A stretch of 64,000 nt of DNA from Octopus vulgaris (taxonomy: Eukaryota), in NCBI GenBank assembly GCA_951406725.2, contig OX597817.1, positions 152,272,001 to 152,336,000 of the forward strand, written 5' to 3'. The notes under the pieces are model-generated. The model made no database searches and was not told the DNA's origin. It worked only from the letters and a program-made list of their open reading frames with translations. Positions 49,819-62,336 of this stretch are shown one piece after another (within the stretch, counting starts at the first letter, position 1; the number at the start of each line of letters is the position of its first letter). A program made the position numbers and the translations under genes.

Positions 49819-52800
49819 CTAGAATGAAAAATATGTTGATAATATAATTTGATAAACAAAATTATGTAAGAATGCAATTCCTTTAATTTCTATTAATTTA
49901 TTTACTTCATTTTCATACAAATTAATTTTCAAGAAGTCAATCACAAAAGTTATTAACAGGTAAAGTATGAGATTAAAAAAATAAAATAAGAAGCAAAACA
50001 AGAAAAAATAAAAAGCAATTTTATTTACTATAATAGTCTGTTTTTTTCCATATATCTATCAATTATCATCATCATTTAACTTCCATTTTCCAAGCTGGCA
50101 TGGATTGGATGATTTGAACAAAAACTGGTAAGCTGCACTAGGCTCCAATCTGATTTGTCTTGGTTTCTACAGCTGGATGCCTTTCTTAATGCCAACTACT
50201 CCAAGAGTGTAGTGGGTGCTTTTTATGTGCCACCAGCACGGGTACCAATTACAAAACACCAGCATTTGTTATGACTACGATCTCACTTGGCTTGGCAGAT
50301 CTTCTCAAGCACAGTATATTGCCAAAGATCTTGGTCTTTTGTCACAGCTTCTGTGAGGCCCAAAGTTTGAAGGATGCTTTTTAAATGCCACCGGCACAGG
50401 TGCCAGATATGTGACACTAGCATTGGTCATGACTACAATTACACTTGGCTTGATGGGTCTTCTCAAACACAACATATTGCTCACATTTGAAGGGTGCTTT
50501 TTGGCTAACTGGCTTCCATGCCAGTGGCACGTAAAAGGCACCATCCGAGCATGATCATTACCAGCATCATCTTACTGGCACTTGTGCCACGTGTTAGTGG
50601 GGCACTAAGAGCACCATCCAAGCGTGATCATTGCCAGAGCAGCTAACTGGCTTTCATGCCGGTGGCACGTAAAAGGCACCATTTGAGCGTGATCGTTACC
50701 AGCATGATCATTACCAGCATTGCCTCACTGGTACTTGTGCTGGTGGCACGTGAAAAAAAATTCGAGCGAGGCCATTGCCAGTACTGCCTGACTGGCCCTC
50801 ATGCCGGTGGCATGTAAAAGCACCCACTTCGCTCTCAGAGTGGTTGGCGTTAGGAAAGGAATCCAGCTGTAGAAACACTGCCAGATCAAGATTGGAGCCT
50901 GGTGCAGCTATCTGGTTCGCCAGTCCTCAGTCAAATCATCCAACCCATGCTAGCATGGAAAGCGGACATTAAACGATGATGAGTATCAAGTAAATAAAAA
51001 TCTTCAGCCCTTGATTAATAAATACACTATGCATTTCTGTTTTTTTCTAATCTGCTTATTTGGTCATAATTTGACTGAAAATCATTCCACCAAATTTTCC
51101 AGTTCTCAGCCATATTGTGTTTCATCCTTAAATTTCAATCCCCATGTCTTTCTATTAACTATCTTCCAAGACTCCAAACATTGAAACAAGGTCTCAGATT
51201 TAAAATGAGTATGAGAAAATGAAGTTGTGATGTTCATGCCTTTTATAAAAATAGTGCAAATATTTGTGTGATAAGATGGCTGCAAGCAGCAGTGAAAGCC
51301 AGAGCAGAAATCTAGACCAAAGATTAAGTGTTCTACAACACTTGTAAGTACTCCACAATTATATTTAACATCATGAGTGGATTCAGTAGACTGTCATATG
51401 TATGTATATGCATGTATATATGTGTTTGTCTCTTTGCTCACATCTTCAATCACTTGTATGAAAGAGTGGTGTTGTGGTGTTATCAATAAATTATTGAGGC
51501 ACTCTGTGCCATGAGGAATAAACAACGGCTTACTTGAAAAACAAGTAAGAGTTGATATTAGAAAGGGTGTCTGGTTGTAAAACAATTCCTCAAATATAAC
51601 GTGTCTTGAATGGCACAACAATGCAGAGTGGACTATAATATCTGTTATGATTTAATTATCCATAGTCTGTGGGACACAAAACTCTACTTGTGAAGACCTG
51701 TTGAGGCAAGTGAAAATCAAAATCGAAATCGATCAACATCAATGGAATTATAGCTGTGATACCAGTGCCGGTGGTAGGTAAGAGAACCATCTGAATGTGG
51801 CCGTTGCCAGCGCTGCCCCGACTGGCCTCCGTGCCGGTGGCATGTAAAAAGCACCATCTGATCGTGGCCATTGCCAGCCTCGTCTGGCATGTAAAAAGCA
51901 CCCACTACACTCACGGAGTGGTTGGCATTAGGAAGGGCATCCAGCTGTAGAAACACTGCCAGATCAGACTGGGCCTGGTGCAGCCTTCTGGCTTCCCAGA
52001 CCCCAGTTGAACCGTCCAACCCATGTTAGCATGGAAAGCGGAAGTTAAACGATATGATAATGAATATAAAAATTCCTTCTTCAGATATCGCTAGGAATTG
52101 ACTGAGTCGCTGCTGTAATCGGTTTTCTAATGGTTACTGAAATTTTTTTTTCCAGAAGTGTCTCTGCAGTGGTCTCATGAAGCTCCTTCCGAAATTCTTC
52201 ATGAGAAGTGCATGAGAGCAGCCATATTTCAAGCTCACGTGTGTTGGCACATCTGCAGCGCTGATTTTAAGTTATGTATTATACATGTAGTTTCTTGTTC
52301 GTTTTTTTTTATTTACAATACATGAGCATGTTATCAAAAATGAACCTACATGCATCCAGATGTAGCTAAATTCCTCAAATAATACAATTGTCCAACCTAT
52401 GCAAGCATGAAAAATGGACTTTAAACAAATGCTAAGACTGTCTAAATTGTATGAATCACCAAATATAAGAAACCAAGATGAAACATAAAAATGAGTCTGA
52501 GGTTTGCATATATCAAACTTCAATGTAAAAACAAATTACATAATTCGGATCTGTAAGCTTGAATCTGACATCCAAGCTTACAATGACCCCTTTTCACTTA
52601 GGATAAAGCCACATCACTCTATAAATTAATTAAGATCAATAATTGATTTTTTGGGGTCTCACAGAGGCAATGACTAGTGACTAAGACTTTTGGCGATATG
52701 CTATGCTTGAGAAGACTCATCAAGCCATGTGAAATTGTAGTTGTGGCCAATGCTGGTGTCACATAACTGGCCCCCATGCCAGTAGCATGTAAAAAGCACC

Positions 52801-53232
52801 TTTCAAGCATTGGGCTTCAAGGAGACAAGGTGGCCAATGCTGGTAGCAGGTGAAAAGCACCCTTTCAGTGTTGGGCCTCACAGAGACAATGACATGCTTG
52901 AGAAGAAGATCCATCAAGCCAAGTAAAATTGCAGTAGTGGAAGATACTGGTACACACAAATGACATCCCTGCTGGTGGCACATAAAAGCACCCATTACAC
53001 TCTCGGAGTGGTTGGCGTTAGGAAGGGCATCCAGCCATAGAAACCATGCCAAATCAGACTGGAGTCTGATACAGCTTGCGAGCTTGCCAGCGCTGGTCAA
53101 ACTGTCCAACCCATGCCAGCATGGACAATAAATGTTAAATGATGATGATGATGATGAGTTGAATAAAGAAATCTAGAAATAAAAAGTAAAACATAGTGAA
53201 TGGAAAGATTATTTTAAAAAAAACAATCTTAC

Positions 53233-53315
53233 TTGAGTAGAACTCTGTACATCATTTACAAACTGACATTGTTTTGGGATATAGTCAAATTCCAGCTGAC
53301 AATTGCCAACATCAT
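53233..53315 (-). CDS. CFAP20DC: CFAP20DC exon (DDVGNCQLEFDYIPKQCQFVNDVQSSTQ)
   Basis: catag/gtaag, 83 nt, in phase. Resembles human DIIPRSCQLMTDV. Confidence 0.88.
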
Positions 53316-53343
53316 CTATGAAAAGGAAATATAAGGGTTTTAA

Positions 53344-53374
<31 letters not shown>

Positions 53375-53982
53375 TACACACACACACATGCACAAATATT
53401 CATACATACACACACAAACACAAATATACATAAATGTTAGTTTTAATGCACCACTGATCTGACAAATATATCTTAAAATCCAGAAGCCTCATACCTCTGG
53501 TCTTCACATAGCAGAACATTGGCATACTTCTCCCTTTATGCTCCCCCTCTAGCTAAATATACCAGTTGCCTATCTTCTTTTCTAGCTACCAGTCTTCCAG
53601 ACCTTCCAGGCCCATTACTTGGCTCTACTTCTTCGCTGTTTCACCACTATGTCACCCTAGATCAGGGTGGGACTTTGCACCAGCCACAGATTTGGTCTGT
53701 GGCCATCAGTAAGCTGCCCTATAGTAGGAACTTCTCATTGTCCCTTACATTAAATGTCTCTATTTCCCTACGTCTTGTGAAATGCTTTAATTAGGATGTC
53801 TCTAAATCTCTGACTATTCAAAAGTTCCTTATACTTCCATATCTTCTTTTTCCAAACTGGTTTGCTTCTGGGAGTCTTTCTAGCCAAAAGTATGAAGTCA
53901 CTAATGACTAACCTATGTTAAGGAGTACGAGTGTCTTTGCATTTATAAGCAACTGTTTATCCTGCTTTCTGGTGAGAACATA

Positions 53983-56785
53983 CTGTAAATCCTCAAGTAT
54001 AGTCCGCCCTTGAGTATAATACGCAGGGGATTTTTAGGGGGCTATCATCATCATCATCATCATTGTTTAGCGTCCGTTTCCATGCTAGCATGGGTTGGAC
54101 GGTTCAACTGGGGTCTGGGAGGCCAGAAGGCTGCACCAGGCCCAGTCTGATCTGGCAATGTTTCTACGGCTGGATGCCCTTCCTAACGCCAACCACTCCA
54201 TGAGTGTAGTGGGTGCTTTTTACGTGCCAGGACGAGTCTGGCAAACGGCCACGATCGGATGGTGCCTTTTATGTGCCACCGGCACGGGGGCCAGGCGAGG
54301 CTGGCAACAACCACGAACGGACGGTGCCTTTTACGTGCCACCGGCACGAGGCCAGTCGGGGCGGCGTTGGCAATGGCCACGTTCGGATGGTTCTCTTACG
54401 TGCCACCGGCACTGGTATCTCAGCTGCAATTTCCATTGATCAATTTCGATTCTGATTCTCACTTGCCTCAACAGGTTTTCACAAGTAGAGTTTTGTGTCC
54501 CAAGAAGGGAAGGTATGCATAAGTGGACTGGCTACATCCCGTGTAGAAGGCCACGGGTTATGGTCTCACTTGTCCTGCCGGGTCTTCTCACACACAGCAT
54601 ACTTCCAGAGGTCTCGGTCTCTAGTCATTTCCTCAGTGAGACCTAAAGTTCGAAGGTTGTGTTTCACCACCTCGTCCCAGGTTTTCCTGGGTCTGCCTCT
54701 TCCACAGGTTCCCTCAACTGCTAGGGTGTGGCACTTTTTCACACAACTATCTTCATCCATTCTCGCCACATGACCATACCAGCGCAAACGTCTCTCTTGC
54801 ACACCACATTTGATGCTTCTTAGGTCCAGCTTTTCTCTCAAGGTACTTACACTCTGTCGAGTATGAACACTGACATTACACATCCATCGGAGCATACTGG
54901 CTTCATTTCTTGCGAGCTTATGCATATCCTCAGCAGTCACGGCCCATGTTTCACTGCCATGTAGCATGGCTGTTCGTACACACGCGTCATACAGTCTGCC
55001 TTTTACTCTGAGTGAGAGGCCTTTTGTCACCAGCAGAGGTAAGAGCTCTCTGAACTTTGCCAAAAGCTATTCTTACTCTAGCAGTTACACTTTCAGCACA
55101 CCCACCCCTGCTACTGACTTGGTCACCTAGGTAACGGAAGCTATCAACTATTTCTAGTTTTTCTCCCTGGAAAGTGACAGAAGTTGGTCTCAGAGCATTT
55201 TCAGTGTTTATTGTTCCTGAGCATTTGCCACATACAAAAACTATCTTCCCAGTTAGCCTTCCTTTGACATTGCTGCACCTCTTATGTGTCCATAGCTTAC
55301 ACTTGGTGCATCTTATAGAGTTTCTACCTACACCTTTTCGACAGATCGAGCAGGGCCATCTACCTGAAGGCGTTTGTGATTTGTCTACCTTCCTACTTAT
55401 TAGGACTTTGGTTTTAGCTAGATTGACTTTAAGGCCCTTCGATTCTAATCCTTGCTTCCACACCTGAAACTTCTCCTCCAGTTCTGATAGTGACTCAGCA
55501 ATTAGAGCAAGGTCATCAGCATAGAGGAGCTCCCAAGGGCATCCTGTCTTGAATTCCTCCGTAATTGCCTGGAGGACTATGATAAATAGGAGGGGGCTGA
55601 GGACTGAGCCTTGGTGGACCCCTACCTCTACCCGGAATTCTTCACTGTACTCGTTGCCAACCCTCACCTTACTAGCAGCGTCCCTGTACATGGCTTGCAC
55701 AGCTCTCACTAACCATTCATCTATCCCTAGTTTCCTCATTGACCACCAGATAAGGGATCGGGAGACCCTGTCGAAGGCTTTCTCCATGTCAACAAAAGCC
55801 AGGTACAGGGGCTTATCTTTGGCTAGGTATTTCTCCTGCAGCTGCCTTACGAGGAATATAGCATCAGTGGTACTTTTCCCTGGCACGAACCCAAACTGCA
55901 TCTCATCTAAACTAACTCTCTCTCTAATTAGTTGGGCTATGACCCTCTCCGTAACCTTCATTACCTGATCCAACAGCTTGATGCCTCTGTAATTATTTGT
56001 ATCTAGGGCGTCACCTTTAGCTTTGTAGCAGTTGACTATTATGCTGCTACACCAGTCATTGGGTATGACTCCTTCATGTATCACTTGATTAACTATACGG
56101 GTGACTAGGCTATAGCTGACACTACCAGATATTTTGAGCATCTCTGCAGTGATTCCTGATGGGCCTGGGGCTTTCCCTGTCTTCATGCTTCTAATTGCCT
56201 TAACTACCAAGGAACTATCAACTTGGATAGCTGGTCCCTCTGTTGGGTCAACATTCGGCAGACTCTCTTTATCCCATTCATTTTCGTTATTCAGCAACCT
56301 TTCATAGTGGCGTCTCCAAACCTCTCTCTGAACTTCTGAAAAACCTAAACCTTGTGTATAATATGCACCCCTTCTCTAACTTGAGTCGTACATAATTAAG
56401 CCAGCAGCACCTAGTCAAACAAACACTTCCGTGCATGTGCAATACAATAATGGTGATGTTCTGTTATATGGGAATGTAAATATGTTTGCAAATTGTTTTT
56501 GTTACATGTTATTCTGTGTTCTGAATATTTTTATTTTAATAAATGTTGCTTACTGCAAGTTATGGATGATTCTTTTATGACTTCATTGCTTTCAGGTTTA
56601 GCTTAAGGTATTTTCGTGCCCGACATCAGAAAATGCATCTGAATAAACATTGCCAGACAGCAAATAGAGACTCGGACATTGCTTGGAAAATATTTTTCAT
56701 TTTTAACCTCGTATATAGTACACACTAGGGATTTTGACCTTTAAATTTTTGGGGAAAAGTGTGAATTATACTCGAGGATTTACGG
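53983..56785. mobile_element. Pogo/Tigger-like non-autonomous DNA transposon hosting the RTE insertion
   Basis: TIRs CTGTAAATCCTCAAGTATA / TATACTCGAGGATTTACGG, each flanked by TA. Confidence 0.7.
54045..56328 (-). mobile_element. 5'-truncated RTE-clade LINE: RT ORF with one frameshift near 55063, embedded PHD-type finger, 3' UTR hairpin array, (GAT)n tail
   Basis: ORFs 54987..56297 (QFGF, FVDMEKAFD, GVHQGSVLSPLLF, LLYADDL, FRYLG) and 54566..55063 (RLRWYGHV, RGRPRKTW). Confidence 0.95.
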
Positions 56786-57700
56786 TAATCAATCTGGCTT
56801 GTGCAGTCACCAGAGTGACAGGTGATCAAATGACTGGCTGGTTTCCTGAAGTCAGTGTTGTAGATCTTAGGTCATTTGCATCACAAAACTCCAATAGCAC
56901 ACCATCGAAGCCACCAGGATGGTACCAACATACCCATTGAAATCACCAGCTATGAAGATAGGGCCATTATCAATAATCACTGAAGTAGTCAGCTACAATA
57001 ATTTATTTTTTAACCCTCTGTAACCTCACTAATAAGCAAAAGGCTAAAACACAAACCCTACAGAGCTAATGTTCTGTCATATTTAATGTTCTATTATATC
57101 TAATTATTTTTACAGGTCATGGAATATTTAAAAATTTGCCATTAAATTTACCATAAAATTAAAACATAATCTAGCACAAATTTTTCAACTGAAATGAAAT
57201 TCAGTTCTACCTATTTGATATCACAGAAGGAGATAACTGGATGCAACTGTTTGGACACTTATGATTTGCACAGCAGACTGGACATTCAGCCTGTTTTGGT
57301 GACAGTACTTTTTGGCACTGGAGGGAAGCAAACAAACACATATGTGCATGGAGAGAGAAAGAAAGAGAGATAGCTAGATAGATAGATAGAGAGAGTAGAA
57401 TTTATTAATTGAGTGAGATTGACATAAACGCTTTCTCTCTTCTTGTATAAAGAGAAATATGCCCACATACGTAGAAAGAGGGGTAGACATTGGGAGGGAA
57501 AAATGAGAGAAATATTAAAACGTCTGATGTCAAATAAGTCAGCATCGAATCAGCAATGCCAAATACATGGTGCCAAAATGTCTACAACCAGATCAACATT
57601 AAATAATCATGTGAATATGATTATGAATCTTGGTTATTTATTTTGATCATGCCACACATAGAATAAGAGGACACATTAATGAAAACAGAGGAAAACTAAC

Positions 57701-57857
57701 CATTCTCATCTGGCGTCTCATAGGGTGGTAACTTCATGGTAAAAATGCGTCGAAGACGACATGAGGCAGAGACAGTGATGTTGTCAACAGCTTTAAATGT
57801 CTGATTTTTCCAAAGATCATTTACTGCAGAGACTAAATCAACACAGAGGTTAATCCA
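57701..57857 (-). CDS. CFAP20DC: CFAP20DC exon (WINLCVDLVSAVNDLWKNQTFKAVDNITVSASCRLRRIFTMKLPPYETPDEN), end of CFA20 domain
   Basis: ttcag/gttag, 157 nt. Matches WCNLCIDL...SANCKLRKIFTLK. Inside ORF 57696..57947. Confidence 0.93.
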
Positions 57858-58044
57858 CTGAAACAAAACAACATATAAATTATTGTAATGACTAAAGTAA
57901 AAAAAAAGTTTTAAAATAATTATTGCCACAAGAAAATCAGAAAACACTTAATCTGAGATTACCTCATTGATACTGAATGAGATATTGTAAGACAGAGATT
58001 GTAATAGAATAAAACTTGAAGTTTAATTAAATATTTCTACTTAC

Positions 58045-58159
58045 CAAACCTCTCTTGATTTTCAACAAAGGCACTTTGGCATGAAGTGGGGTACACTGGA
58101 TCTCTCTTTGTGCAGTTGACAGCAATATTCTTCGCTTGTTATTTCCAAGGTCAATTAAA
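58045..58159 (-). CDS. CFAP20DC: CFAP20DC exon (LIDLGNNKRRILLSTAQREIQCTPLHAKVPLLKIKRGL)
   Basis: ccag/gtaagt, 115 nt. Matches TDLGNIKRRLYLST...TPLHAKIPL. Confidence 0.93.
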
Positions 58160-58910
58160 CTGGAAAATTAAACATTGAATAAAATTTACATATTAAACAA
58201 TAGCCAAGATAATTTTTTAAAATATTAGCCACAGGCTAAAATTGTATTGTTTTTTGTTTACCAAATAATTTTTTGAATTAGCTTACCAATATTCTTTGCA
58301 TAAACTTTTTAGCATTTAATTCGACCATATCAGGCCAAAATATTCAAACTGGCCATATCTAGCCTCTCACACTTTTTTTCCAATGTCATTCTAAAAATAA
58401 ACAATTGCATCAACAAAATTTCGAAGCTATGAGATAATGTACGATTATCATCATCATCGTTTAATGCCTGCTTTCCATGCTAGCATGGGTTGGACAGTTT
58501 GACTGAGGGCTGGCAAACCAGATGGCTGCACCAGGCTCCAGTCTTGATCTGGCAGAGTTTCTACACCTGGATGCCCTTCCTAACGCCAACTACTCCAAGA
58601 GTGTAGTGGGTGCTTTTATGTGCCACCGGCATGGGGGCCAGTCAAGCAGTACTGGCAACAACCTCACTTGAATCTTTTTACACATGCCAACAGCACAGGT
58701 GCCAGTAAGGTGATGCTGGTAGCAATCCTGCTCGAATGGTGCCTCCTACATGCCACCGGCATGGAAGACAGTTAGCAGCTCTGGCAATGATCACGCTCGG
58801 ATGGTGCTCTTAGCACCCTACTAGCATGGGGCACAAGTGCCAGTAAGGTGAAGCTGGCAACGATCACACTCGAATGGTGTCTTTTATGTGCCACAATTCA
58901 AAACAATATG

Positions 58911-59258
58911 AACAAGAGCACTCAGAGAGTGCAAACTTCTGCCAACATCCTTTCAACGATTAGCCGAGATGATTTATAAAATGAGAATATCTGAAATAAA
59001 CTCAACTGCTCTCACAAACGATAACACTAAAAATGAACCTGACTGCTCTCAAAACTTAAGTAAAAAAACAGGAAAAATAATCCAGAATCCTTGTCCGGTA
59101 CCGGATCAATTCAGTTTGTGCCAGTCACAAAGCCAAACATCTCTGAAAGTTTCATCCAAATCCATCCAGGAGTTCTCGAGATATCTTGTCCACAGTCAAA
59201 CCAACAAATACAACTGAAAACAATACCCCCCTCCTTTGCTAAGGCAGAGATAATAAAT
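58911..59258. mobile_element. HINE/Helentron-like non-autonomous element
   Basis: AACAAGAG start, AAGTTTCATCCAAATCC core, terminal hairpin CCTCCTTTGC..GGCAGAG then AATAA. Confidence 0.45.
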
Positions 59259-59774
59259 AAACGTTACATTTTACAGAGTACTTTGAATGCTGAATGGTTA
59301 AACATGTCAGCAGTAATGATCTTTCAATCGTAAGTACAGCATCTTAACCACAAGGCCACAGGCATTCACCCCCAAGATCATACCTTGTCTTAAAAAGTGA
59401 CACTGGTACAATGTTCTGAATAAAACGATGGAACGGTCATTACTAGAATACCTTAGATCATAGATCTAATTGACCAGGGCCATCTTGGAGCTAAATTACG
59501 AGACAAAAGTTGCTGTGAAGTTGTTACTCATAACTACTCAGTTTAGTCATATTAGATTTCCATATGTATATATTTTTTAATAATATATTATTATTAATAT
59601 TAGGAAATCGATATCAGAAAACTCCGCAGAAAGATATACGCGTGTGAAAAATAATTGTTGTATTAAAAATATATAAATAAATAAATATAAATATGTATAA
59701 AAATATATGTAAATATGTATATGTATAAATATATAATATATGACAGTTTAAAAGTTTTGAATAAAGTATTTAAA

Positions 59775-59868
59775 GCATCTTACGATCGTTTCACAGAAGT
59801 GTTGTCCCTATAATGAAATCCTATATTGATAAGCATTTATAGACAACTCTTCTACTCTTCAGAGATAT
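59775..59868 (-). ncRNA. Type I hammerhead ribozyme (Penelope-like-element style) in a CFAP20DC intron
   Basis: Minus strand reads AUAUCU-CUGAAGA-[G-UAGAAG-a-GUUGUC-UAUAA...UUAUA-gg-GACAAC-a-CUUCUG-U]-GAA-ACGAUCGU-A-AGAUGC. All core nucleotides and three stems are present, stem III is palindromic, and the cleavage triplet is GUA. Confidence 0.78.
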
Positions 59869-60183
59869 AAAATTTGACTTTTTTTATAACATATTGAATG
59901 GTAGTTTTTTTTTAAAATTTGAAGCAATACTATAAAATGGTGTTTGTTTGAAATATAAATTTAAAATTAAAAGCTACTGCTTTTGATGAGTCTTTAAATC
60001 CATATATACTTCCTTGGTTGGTCTTTCCATTCGTGGGACTTTATTAAGTAATTTCCCTACTTCAACAGGCGTTCCAACCCTAATCCTTCACATAACAAGC
60101 AGGAATACTCACCACTACACTACTAAGGATTGGAATGGCAGTTTGGGTACAAATATATTGGATACAAACATACTGAGTCTTAC

Positions 60184-60256
60184 CCAAGTTCAAGAGAGAA
60201 ATCTTGGCCTCTTCCCAAGTATAACTGGACTATTAGAAATTGTTGGATCAAAACCA
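60184..60256 (-). CDS. CFAP20DC: CFAP20DC exon (LVLIQQFLIVQLYLGRGQDFSLELG)
   Basis: ttcag/gtaag, 73 nt, in phase. Matches [24 protein letters not shown]. Confidence 0.92.
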
Positions 60257-60567
60257 CTGAAAATGAAAAAAAAAAGATAGTTTAATTTGTTAAAAACCAC
60301 TAAAATACTTGTTTTTCTTCAAATTGGCTTACGCTTGATAGCTATTCAAATCATTACCACATGAATAGTTAATGTAGCTAGATTACAATCATCTAGATGT
60401 TAGCTCTCTCTGCATGTGCTTTCTCATGAGCTTAACCTTAAAATTGATTTAGAGTGAAGTAAACAATACTACAAGGAGCATATAATGAATGAAAATAAAT
60501 TAATCTGTTACAACTAAGTTCTAACAAAAAAGAAATTTTAATAATTGTATATAAAATTCACACCTAC

Positions 60568-60661
60568 ATGATTGGCGAGAATCTTTTGGTAATACCATTT
60601 TTGTTGTACTTGTGCTTCCTTCCAGACTATAAATATACCCTTTGACTTCTTTTTCATAAAT
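60568..60661 (-). CDS. CFAP20DC: CFAP20DC exon (IYEKEVKGYIYSLEGSTSTTKMVLPKDSRQS)
   Basis: AG/GT, 94 nt, in phase. Matches [25 protein letters not shown]. Confidence 0.92.
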
Positions 60662-61905
60662 CTAGAAATAAGCATAATGATTCTTATATAACAAAATCTG
60701 AATATATTTTCATCCATTTAGTAGCAATTTTTCCGTAGACAATTTTTATAATAAAAATTCTCTCTCGCTTTTGAATGTTTATTTCTAAACTAGAAACCTT
60801 TGTCCTTACTCCCTTTTTGTTTTATTTTGTGTGCTGTATATGGCATATATGTCTGCTGTCTTTTATCTTTTATCCATTTTTAACAAGTTGTAGTACATCT
60901 GAGCACACTATACAGTAAGAAGGTTGTCAGCATTATCATAATTATTATAAATTTTATGGAAGAATATCTTATATTGCAAACACAAGATCAATAATGACAG
61001 TTATTTTATTAAAATCTTTCCGTTTTTTTCCAAAAGAAATTGAAACAAAAGATGGTGCCTTTCATTACAGATAAAGTCACAGAATGGTTAAATGAATTTA
61101 TGAATTAGGAATGGAAAAACAATAAATAAAATAAAAATGGATATTTTAAAATTGAAGGAGCTTTAACTGTAAATAATATTCTTTATAAAGAAAATATTTC
61201 TAGATTAATTCTAAAACAATTTAGGATTTTATACTCCAAGAGAGAACATACAGATCCATCTATAAATTTAAGAATTCTCATTTCAACCTAGTTAGATCTC
61301 TTTAGCTTTGGTGCAGCTAAAAGCATGCATGTTCTTTTATCTACATCATAAACTGATGTATTATAGATACTGATTTGTATTTAAATAGCCAAACTAAGAG
61401 AACATATTTGATTCTCATTGCACTTAAGCTGATGAGGTTCAATTAGGGTGAAAGGCTGAAATCACAATCAATCACAATCAGGCCCTCTCCACATATTCTC
61501 TCTAATGAGTTCAACCTCAAAATTGATTTAGAGTAAAGCAAGAAATTATTTCTTTAATTTGTTGATCTGTAGTGCGTTACATAATTTTCAATAAAATTAT
61601 ATAAATACATTCATAGTTATAAATAAAATGATACAGCTGACATAAAATATGAAAGATGATAAGCCACCAAAGGACTCTCTATATGGTCACTCAATTTGCT
61701 AAAAATATCAGTCAAATTTTCCTTCTTTTCTACCTTCTGAAAAAAGAGGGACACATCTGACAATGTAATACTAGATATGCAATACTGAGGAACAGATGGG
61801 ATGATCAAGATGGGAACATCTCTGATCCTAAGTCCCTGTTCTGTCAGAGTTGATCTGAGCTAAACAACAGCAAACAACAACAAATGTGAGATGAAAACTA
61901 CTCAC

Positions 61906-61992
61906 CTTCCGGATCCCAGAACCCCCCACAAGTTTCCAGTTTGCTGTAGCATCTTTGCCTTGTGAAGAGAATATTTCAAAGAAAGAGCCACC
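61906..61992 (-). CDS. CFAP20DC: CFAP20DC first exon in window (GGSFFEIFSSQGKDATANWKLVGGSGIRK); ATG exon probably outside window
   Basis: ttctag/gtgag boundaries, 87 nt. Matches human [23 protein letters not shown] (CFA20/DUF667 domain). Confidence 0.92.
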
Positions 61993-62255
61993 CTAGAAAA
62001 TAAATGTTATTAAAGAAATATCAGATATCATCAAGTCAGTCTTTATTTGTCTATAGAGAATTCTGTAGCTAAGTCACAGAGGTCCTCGCATGTTTTCATG
62101 GGAGATAATATTTCTGCATGGCCAGACAAGTTTTCACAGAAGATTGGAAACAAAGGACACTGCTTGTATGATGGAAATTACAACTATCTTCAAACTGTTA
62201 CAATTACAACTACCACGAGGTATTAAGACAAGAAGACATTAACACACACATACAT

Positions 62256-62302
<47 letters not shown>

Positions 62303-62304
62303 CA

Positions 62305-62336
<32 letters not shown>

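Noticed and set aside
61425-61470. CTGATGA...GAAA hammerhead candidate
   Set aside because: Stem II does not pair and there is no stem III/NUH geometry. The candidate at ~11543-11590 fails similarly.
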